A DNA stretch of 46,336 nucleotides from positions 141,939,161 to 141,985,496 of the forward strand of contig NC_068984.1 in the NCBI RefSeq assembly GCF_001194135.2. Reading direction: 5' to 3'. The notes beneath the pieces are model-generated. The model saw only the letters and a program-made list of their open reading frames with translations. It was not told where the DNA came from and made no database searches. The stretch is from Octopus bimaculoides (taxonomy: Eukaryota). Both the position numbers and the translations under genes were made by a program. Below, piece by piece: positions 38,068 through 46,336 of the stretch; position 1 is the first letter of the stretch, and each line of letters begins with the position of its first letter.

Positions 38068-38413
38068 TATATACGTATGTGTGTGTATGTGCTGGTTACC
38101 TGTAGAATAATGCTTTTGTATGGAGTATCTGAACAAATCTTAAAATATAAAACAGTTTGTGTTTGTGGGTGTTTGTGTTTGTTTGCGCGCGTATGTTCCT
38201 TATGGATTCGAAAACTGAGCTGCTGATTTTGACGTATGAGGTATGAAAAGATTCAGTAATCTTTCGGCTACCAAATAAAGTATTTTTTTCTTTGCACAAT
38301 TCTCTAATACTACAAAGATAACCTCTAAAATGAGGTCTTGTCGCACAATTTTTAGGTCTTTAGATAAGGTTCGGAACTCTGCCGGACACAATACTCGATA
38401 TAGCAACAAACGG

Positions 38414-38497
<84 letters not shown>

Positions 38498-39399
38498 GCA
38501 CACACACACACACACACCAACAACAACAACAACACACAATATATACCGTTACTTGACTCCGTATATTTAATATAAATATTGTCTACAGTTATATCATTTT
38601 TAATTAATTTAGTTATTTAAATTTTCTTATTAATTACTTTTTAGTTCATTTCTTCATATTCTTAAAATATTTTCTTAGTTTAAAAAATTTCTTTAAATAC
38701 TTAATTTCTTTATTGCCCTTTTTATTATTTTAATCAATTTTAAAATAATTATTTTTGGAATTATTATTGTTTGAATTATCTTTTCATTTTTAATTATATT
38801 TTAAATAGAATTCAACCTATTTAATTTTATATTTTATAAATTTTGCAATATAGTATACACCTCTTCTGAGGATTAGCTTTCCTATACTGGGGAAGCTAAT
38901 TAAATGACTCGTATCAATTAAGTAAGTAACCTATGATTTAATTTAGTCACTTTTCTTTAGAATTTTATTTTATATTTTAAACTTGCATTATCTGTTGTAT
39001 CTTATCTTAATTTGGAACATAATTATTCATAAAAATGAAATAACACCTTCGTTCCTAATATTTTCTTCTAGAAATCTCATTAATATGGTTTTTCTTTTTT
39101 ACTCTATTCTTAATATACAGAGTGAGTGAAAAGCAGCGCCCATTTTCTCGGAAGTCATGCCTTTGTTGTTTTGCCTGTTATTGCTGACAGTTTTGAAAAT
39201 TACCGAATCTGGATCATACATCATGTTGTTAATGCTCTTTGACATTTCAAACCTGTCGAACTCCATCAGGAGTCACAAAATATCTTCCAACTAGGAAGTC
39301 ATACATAACCCTAAAACAGGAATTAGGCGCTACTAATATATTAAGAGATGTTACTGACAAACTTAGAATTCCTTTTGACCTGAATAATATTAGTTTCAA

Positions 39400-39597
39400 A
39401 TTTTGGCACAAGGCCAGCAATTTCGGGAGAAGGTTAAGGCGAGTCCATCGACCCCGGTGCTCAACTGGTACTTATTTTATCGAACCCAAAAGGATGAAAG
39501 ACAAAATCAACCTCGATAGAATTTGAACTCAGATCGTAAAGACGGACGAAATGCCGCTAAGCATTTTCCTCGGCTTGCTAACAATTCTACCAGTTCT
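39400..39597 (-). mobile_element. SINE B with tail type 2
   Basis: GGCACAAGGCC..ATCGACCCC..CTGGTACTTATTTTATCGA..TTTGAACTCAG. Confidence 0.8.
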
Positions 39598-40925
39598 GAT
39601 AAATTCCAACATACCTTTCAGTCACTTTACGAATTGGTGAATAAAAATAAAGGAGTAGAAGGAACTAAGTACGAAGTACGGCTATTTTGCATCAATCTAA
39701 CCGTCTAGAATGCTTGAATAAACTCCTTATGAAATTACAATAAAGAATAACTCCCTACTCCTGAGATTGGGCATCGGATAGTCGCCTCGACGGCGATTGC
39801 ACAACCTAGAATTTTAGGCCTAATAAGACTTGCACAGAACCTACTCTTCACCCTACTGATATGATCCAGAGACAAGTCAGGGCCAGATACGCATTGCCAA
39901 TATGGGTCGCATGCTCAGGAACGTGGGGCGCCATGATTTCAAGTGCAAGCAAAAGATACCCAAAATGTCCAATGCCATTCCCTGCATGCCTGGTTTTATA
40001 TCAGAGTGATATTCTCTTAGAGACATGATTTAACAAAAGCTAAGGGGTGCCTCATTCCCGGGCACCCACTCGGAATTTCCCGTGCTAACATTCATACATA
40101 CATAGGGCCCGTGCTAGGATATATACATATATCAAAATATCCACACCCACACACGCGCATTCAGGCATGAGTGCATATATGAAGGCAAGTATGTATGTGT
40201 ATACATTATGTACATATGTATGGGTGTCTGTGTATATATGTGTATGTATGTGTATATGAGCCAACGTTTCGTGTAATGAAAACTGTGCGTAGACTCTGTA
40301 TTACATTTATCTTTGCATTTTAAGAATCTCAGCTATTTAATTGCTTCAACCAAAACTATCAGAAGCTTCATGATAGCTTTTGAAGATCTAAAATCAAACT
40401 GGGATCCGTTTCACTTTCATGCAGCCCCGCATTGCCATTTTCTCTTCACTTCAATTCTTTCATCTTTTCAACGATGTCTGTCTTATAAATAAGCGATTGT
40501 CTTCTATGAAATTCAAACTTTCTTCTCGATCTATTATTCGGGAAGTCTTCACATAGATCCAAACATCCATTTCTCAAAAGACAAGCGACATAAAAAGAGA
40601 ACCTCTTGAGAATCTTAGGTAATAGCATTTCGATATTGACCAAAACCCCGCTCCACATTGTCTTAGCTCTTATAATTTCCCAGCACAACTCTAAGCCACT
40701 CGTCACCAAACGGAGATTTATATACATCTATGGATTTCGCTCGCGTTCAATGATTGTCTCTTATGATGTATGATTTGTAATAAATCCTTGATAATGATTA
40801 GAAGAAGCGCATCATCTTTGATAGAAGATGACTGCCTAAGTTTACATTTTTGTTGTGTCGGCCATTCTAAAGACAAAACGATCAGAAATATATTTTACCA
40901 AAATTCAAGATATCACTATTTCCAC

Positions 40926-40926
<1 letters not shown>

Positions 40927-40997
<71 letters not shown>
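40927..40997 (+). repeat. (TTTC)n microsatellite
   Basis: Direct reading. Confidence 0.95.
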
Positions 40998-40999
<2 letters not shown>

Positions 41000-41156
41000 A
41001 CATACATACATACATACATACATGCATTCACATACAAATATAATATGTATATGATACATATGCAAAGAGAATATAAGGTTATATCCCTTTGTATGTATGT
41101 ATGTATGTATGTGTTTGTACACGTATATATACATATATATATGTATATATATACGT

Positions 41157-41432
41157 GGCACAAGAGTGGCTGTGTGGTAAGTAGCATGGTTCCGGGTTTA
41201 GTCCCACTGCGTGGCACCTTGGGCAAGTGTCTTCTACTATAGCCTCGGGCCGAGCAAAGCCCTGTGAGAGGATCTGGTAGACGGAAACTGAAAGAAACCC
41301 GTCGTATATATGAATACATATATATATATGTATATATATATGTATATATATATATGTGTGTATTTTTGTGTGTATGTCTTTGTCTGACCCCCCCCCCCAA
41401 CATCGCTTGACAACCCATGCTGGTGTGTTTCT
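41157..41432 (+). mobile_element. SINE A, 3'-truncated
   Basis: Head, core (GTGGCACCTTGGGCAAGTGTCTT), microsatellite and start of the 3' half. Confidence 0.85.
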
Positions 41433-41465
41433 CCTTTCTACTCACTACAACAATGCCAGGCCTTC

Positions 41466-41502
41466 GATGCAGTCATTCACTGTCACAGTGAATGACTGCA
41501 TC
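41466..41502. other. Perfect 37-bp palindrome (18-bp arms, 1-nt spacer)
   Basis: GATGCAGTCATTCACTGT-C-ACAGTGAATGACTGCATC. Confidence 0.95.
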
Positions 41503-41585
41503 CCACAGGATTTTATAATCCTCATGCTCAGCAATTTCTGGGATTTGGTGAGTCGCCGCCTTTGATCTTTCTAGGCCATAATTTC

Positions 41586-41627
<42 letters not shown>

Positions 41628-42228
41628 CATTATTATCATTATTATTATCATTATTATCATCATCATCCTTGTCGAAATGAGATTATAAGTACTTCAATAT
41701 AAAACTCTAATTAAAAAGAAGTACTATTGAAATTACTAATTAGTAATCAAAGAATACGTAGATAAAAGGAATTCATTGCAAAATAATTATTACACATTAT
41801 TAATCTGATAAAAGTTGGTAATTGTTATTGTTTTTCTTTCTCTTTCCGAATGGATTTTGAAAGGAGATTTTTTTCTATTATGATTAGTCACCTAACGAGT
41901 CTTTTGTTGATGGTATTTGTTTAGATAACACAAATAATTGAAAAGCGATCTATTTCAAATATGATATCTGTGTTATAACTAATTTCGCTAAAATTATTAA
42001 ATATTTTTGATGTAATTTTCCCGAATGAATTAAACAAACTTTTGTTGAGTTAACGATGTGAATCTCTCCGGGTCGGTCAACAAACTAGAAATAACAGCAA
42101 TAAAATCTCGGCTTAAATATTATCCTACAGTCTTAAAAAAATGAAGAACATTAAAGATGCTAATACTAAATATACTGTGAAAAATTGTAGGATTAAATAG
42201 CTTGTGTCTCGTTGTTCATAGATATACT

Positions 42229-42440
42229 CTTTTCTACTCTAGGTACACGCCCGAAATTTTGGGGGAGCGGGCCAGTCAATTAGATCGACCCTAGTACGGA
42301 ACTGGTACTTAATTTATCGACCCCGAAAGGATGAAAGGCAAAGTCGACATCGGCGGAATTTGAACTCAGAACGTAAAACAGACGCAATACCGCCAAGCAT
42401 TTCATTTGGCGTGCTAACGTTTCTGCTAGCTCGCAGCCTT
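42229..42440 (-). mobile_element. SINE B, full length, tail type 2, with an 18-bp TSD
   Basis: GTTGTTCATAGATATACT at 42211-42228 and 42441-42458. Confidence 0.92.
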
Positions 42441-42807
42441 GTTGTTCATAGATATACTGAGCCGGGAATGACGTAGGGCTTAAACAAAAATAACAACAAT
42501 AACAACAACATCACCAATCTGATTAGAAAGATCTATGGTGCATAAGTAATCGATTGAATTCGAGCGGTGACCCACAGATCCACTATGTGCTCTATGTTCC
42601 GGATTGGATTCGATTGCTCATGTTAAATTCAATTTTAGGAGGAGGACTTTAGCATGTTCTCTACACCCCAACCATAGTCCGATACGGAAGCCGTGAACTT
42701 GAAGTTGAGATCATACTGGCTTGAATAGTCTACTCTGCCCCATACTGATTCCACATGGCTTGGCAGAGGAATGTAGTTTTTATACTCATACGCCCAGAGT
42801 AACTAAG

Positions 42808-43183
42808 TCAGTTACAGCGTTCAACTGGTACTTATTTTATCGGCCCCAAAATGATGAAAGGCCAAGATTTCAAGTTTTGGACGAAGGCCAGTATTTTCGG
42901 GTAAGCACGTAAGTCGATTACATGCCGCTAAGCATTCTACCCGGCGGGCCAAAGATTCTGTTAAGCTCGCCGACTTAAGATCGTGTCTGCTAAGTATATT
43001 GGTTTCCACCAATTTGGGGGGAAGAATAAGTCGATTATAGCGACTACAGCGACTTTATCGACCTCGAATGAACAAAAGGGTAAAGTCAACCTTAGCGAAA
43101 TTTGAACTCAGAACGTAAAGACGGACGAAAAGTCACTAAGCATTTTGCACAGGAATCTAACGACTTTGCCAGCTCGCCGCCTT
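42808..43183 (-). mobile_element. Two diverged SINE B copies (42808-42975 and 43015-43183)
   Basis: CTGGTACTTATTTTATCG, GATGAAAGG, TTTGAACTCAGAACGTAAAG and CCAGCTCGCCGCCTT motifs. Confidence 0.75.
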
Positions 43184-43189
43184 GGTATA

Positions 43190-44297
43190 CAGGGTTGGCC
43201 AAAAGTCACGAGACAGTAACTCAGAATCACTTAATTCCAAGATTAAAACAAAAAAATATTTTATACGAGACTTCACTAATAACTAGACAAATATTACAAA
43301 TAAAAAACAAAACAATACACAAAAAGAAACGGTGATTTTAACTCACAGCATTCAATTATTAAACGTTCATAATTGAAATGAATAAATAAAATTGAATATT
43401 CGTTTCTACTCTAGGCACAAGGCCCAAAATTTTGGGGGACGGGGCCGGTCGATTAGATCGACCCCAGTACGAAACTGGTACTTAATTTATCGACACTGCA
43501 AGGATGAAAGGCAAAGTGGACCTCGGTAGAAAACTGAGAGAGGGGGTGAGAGAGTGAAAGGGTGAGTGAGAGAGTGAGAGGGAGAGAGAGTAGCAGAGAA
43601 AGACTGGAAGATAGCGTGTGTAAGAAAGATGGATAGTGAATGTGTGTGTGTGTGTGTTAGCAATGGATGCTACTGGGGAGAAACAGAAAGAGAGATGCAT
43701 GAATGTAAGAAATGAGTACGGAAAGAACTGTAGAGAAAGATAATGAAAGAGAGAAAGAAGTTTCAAAGAAAGAGAGAGAGAGAGAGTGAAATAGAGAGAT
43801 GAAAGAAGAGTATCATATTCACAAAGAGAGGGAGAGAGGTAGGGAAAGAGTGTGAGAGTGAAAAAGAAAGAATAATTATTTCTACTCTAGGCACAAGGCC
43901 TGAAATTTTGGGAGAAGGGGTCCCAGCCGATTAGATCGACCCAGTACGCAGCTGGAACTTAATTTATAGAGCCCGAAAGGTAAAGCCGACCTAGGTGGAA
44001 ATTGAACTCAGAACGTAAAGGCAGACGAAATACCGCGAAGCATTTCTCCTGGCGGGGTAACGCTTCTGCCAACTCGTCACCTTGCTTTATTCCGAGATTA
44101 AAACAAAAAGTTATTTTATATGAGACTTTTCTAATAAGAAGACAAATATTGATAGAAAAATAGAATAACAACAAAAAAAAAGATGATCTTAGCTCACAGC
44201 ATTCAATTATTAAATATTCGTAATTGAAATGAATAAATAAAATTGAATATTAAGTATTTATGGAATCTTTGATTGACTGCCGGGTGACTTTTGGCCA
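43190..44297. mobile_element. Tc1/mariner-type MITE interrupted by SINE B insertions
   Basis: TA|CAGGGTTGGCCAAAAGTCAC ... GTGACTTTTGGCCA (outer end of the right TIR is eroded). Confidence 0.65.
43401..44086 (-). mobile_element. SINE B partial (43401-43530) + GA-rich tract + SINE B full (43880-44085)
   Basis: Both carry tail type 2 (TTTCTACTCTAGGCACAAGGCC). Confidence 0.82.
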
Positions 44298-44460
44298 TTA
44301 CACGCCTGCCTGGTCTTTTGAAATTATTTTTGTTAAGTCTAACAAAAAGAGAAAAAAAAAATCGCAACATTTATATTCGTAGAATTATGTCTACGTTGGA
44401 ATAACATAAATTCTATATAAAAATTCATAGGCTCCGTCTATGGTAATAAAAATATAAACA

Positions 44461-44493
44461 CAGACGGCCCGGGTTCGATTCCCGGCAGAGGAA
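44461..44493 (+). pseudogene. tRNA 3'-half fragment (Glu/Gly-like T arm)
   Basis: GGC-CCGGG-TTCGATT-CCCGG-CAGAGGA-A; no D arm or matching 5' acceptor strand. Confidence 0.5.
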
Positions 44494-44503
44494 CTTGTAT
44501 TGT

Positions 44504-44874
44504 AGGCGCAGGAGTAGGTGTGTGGTAAGTACCTTGCTTACCAATCACAAGGTTCCGAGTTCAGTCCCATTGCGTGGCACCTTGGGCAAGTGTCTTCTAC
44601 TATAGCCTTGGGCCGACCTAAGCCTTGTGAGTGGATTTGCTAGGCGGAAACGAAAAGAAGCCAGTCGTATATATATACATATATATATATATGTGTGTGT
44701 GTGTNNNNNNNNNNNNNNNNNNNNNNNNNNNNNNNNNNNNNNNNNNNNNNNNNNNNNNNNNNNNNNNNNNNNNNNNNNNNNNNNNNNNNNNNNNNNNNNN
44801 NNNNNNNNNNNNNNNNNNNNNNNNNNNNNNNNNNNNNNNNNNNNNNNNNNNNNNNNNNNNNNNNNNNNNNNNNN

Positions 44875-44925
<51 letters not shown>

Positions 44926-44926
44926 C

Positions 44927-44957
<31 letters not shown>

Positions 44958-45168
44958 CATATGTTTGTCCCCCTGTCATCGCTTGACAACCGATGTTGGT
45001 GTTTACGTCCCCGTAACTTAGCGGTTCGGCAAAAGAGACCGACAGGATACTAGGCTTACAAAGAGCGTCTGTGGAGTGCTCAGCCACTTGCACGTTAATT
45101 TCACGAGCAAGTTGTACCGTTGATCGTAATCAGCTGGGACCCTCGTCTTCGTAACCGACGGAGTGTTC
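44504..45168 (+). mobile_element. SINE A (44504-45062) continuing into a different tail (45063-45168)
   Basis: A homology stops after GGCTTACAAAG; an unrelated CpG-rich segment follows. Confidence 0.8.
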
Positions 45169-45802
45169 CTTAATATTATAGGATAAAGCATACTATGGAT
45201 GACTATAACGATCAAATATTGAAGACAACACAAAATAAAAGACTAACCTTTGTCATGGTTAAAAACAGCGGAGCGTCAAACGCTATACATGCATAGACAC
45301 GTACGTGCATCCATTCACATACAAGCTTAAGTACAAATATATATATATATATAAACATATGTGCATGTATATCTGCACACACACGGACCCACATATATAC
45401 ACATACATATATGCATATTTACATAGAGATATGCATATAGACACATACAAACAAATACATACATAAATACATAGACTTGTACATAAGAAAACACGTACAT
45501 TCCAATTGTGTATTCATATACACTCCTAATAGCTGTATGTGCACGGGAATAATTCACATATCAAAACATTCAGATATATAAGTATATATATATCGATGCG
45601 TCTTTATATGATGCGTGCATATCTTTGTGCTGCGCGCGCGTGTCTGAGTGTGTGTAAATGTGCGACTCTGTCATTGTACTCGTTAGAAGATATTTATCGC
45701 TGTCGCTCTGAGACACGATACAACTTTCTTACCTGTCAAGAAAAGACGCCATTTTCTTTCTTTATTTTCTTAACATTGAATATATATATGTGTGTGTGTG
45801 TG

Positions 45803-45848
<46 letters not shown>

Positions 45849-45892
45849 AGCATATGCGTATGTACATATATATATATACACATGTACGTATG

Positions 45893-45935
<43 letters not shown>

Positions 45936-46076
45936 CTATATATGATGTATATGATATATATATATATATATAATGTATATATATATGTATTTATCTATAT
46001 ATATTTATATATATACATACGTACATACACACAGACGCACACACACACACGTACGCGCGCACATATATATTCAAAC

Positions 46077-46109
<33 letters not shown>

Positions 46110-46287
46110 TGTATGTATTTCTGTATGTATACTAGCACGAAATTAAAGAAATTGTATTCATACCTAAATGCATACAGATATCTATTGATAATGCATGCAT
46201 ATATATGTGTGTGTGGGTGTGCATAAAAAAATATGTATGGAGTCATATAAATGTATACAAATGTGTGAGTACACGGGTATGCGTGTG

Positions 46288-46336
<49 letters not shown>

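Noticed and set aside
39116-39140. Solo TA-CAGAGTGAGTGAAAAG TIR-like end
   Set aside because: No partner TIR or transposase found.
40350-40860. Possible degenerate coding relic (-)
   Set aside because: Frames are broken by stops, and I could not assign a family.

Overview
AT-rich eukaryotic non-coding DNA from a gapped draft assembly (14 N-runs), dominated by microsatellites and interspersed repeats. From memory the repeats resemble those of Octopus/coleoid genomes (inference, no database check). No confident host protein-coding gene is present; nearly all ORF-track entries are microsatellite or N-gap artefacts. Supported content: about 25 copies or fragments of three tRNA-headed SINE-like families (A, B, C), two internally deleted Tc1/mariner transposase relics (maT/DD37D-type and DUF4817/rosa-like), several MITEs, minisatellites, and a few weak minus-strand exon candidates. 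The most unusual signals are: (1) several unrelated short modules with hammerhead-ribozyme-like cores, the best being a nearly complete type I fold at 26793-26838 on the minus strand; (2) a 597-bp fold-back element with a central (CCCTAA)7-(TTAGGG)7 palindrome; (3) a SINE insertion flanked by a ~170-bp direct repeat. I cannot demonstrate a wholly new biological system; these are leads.
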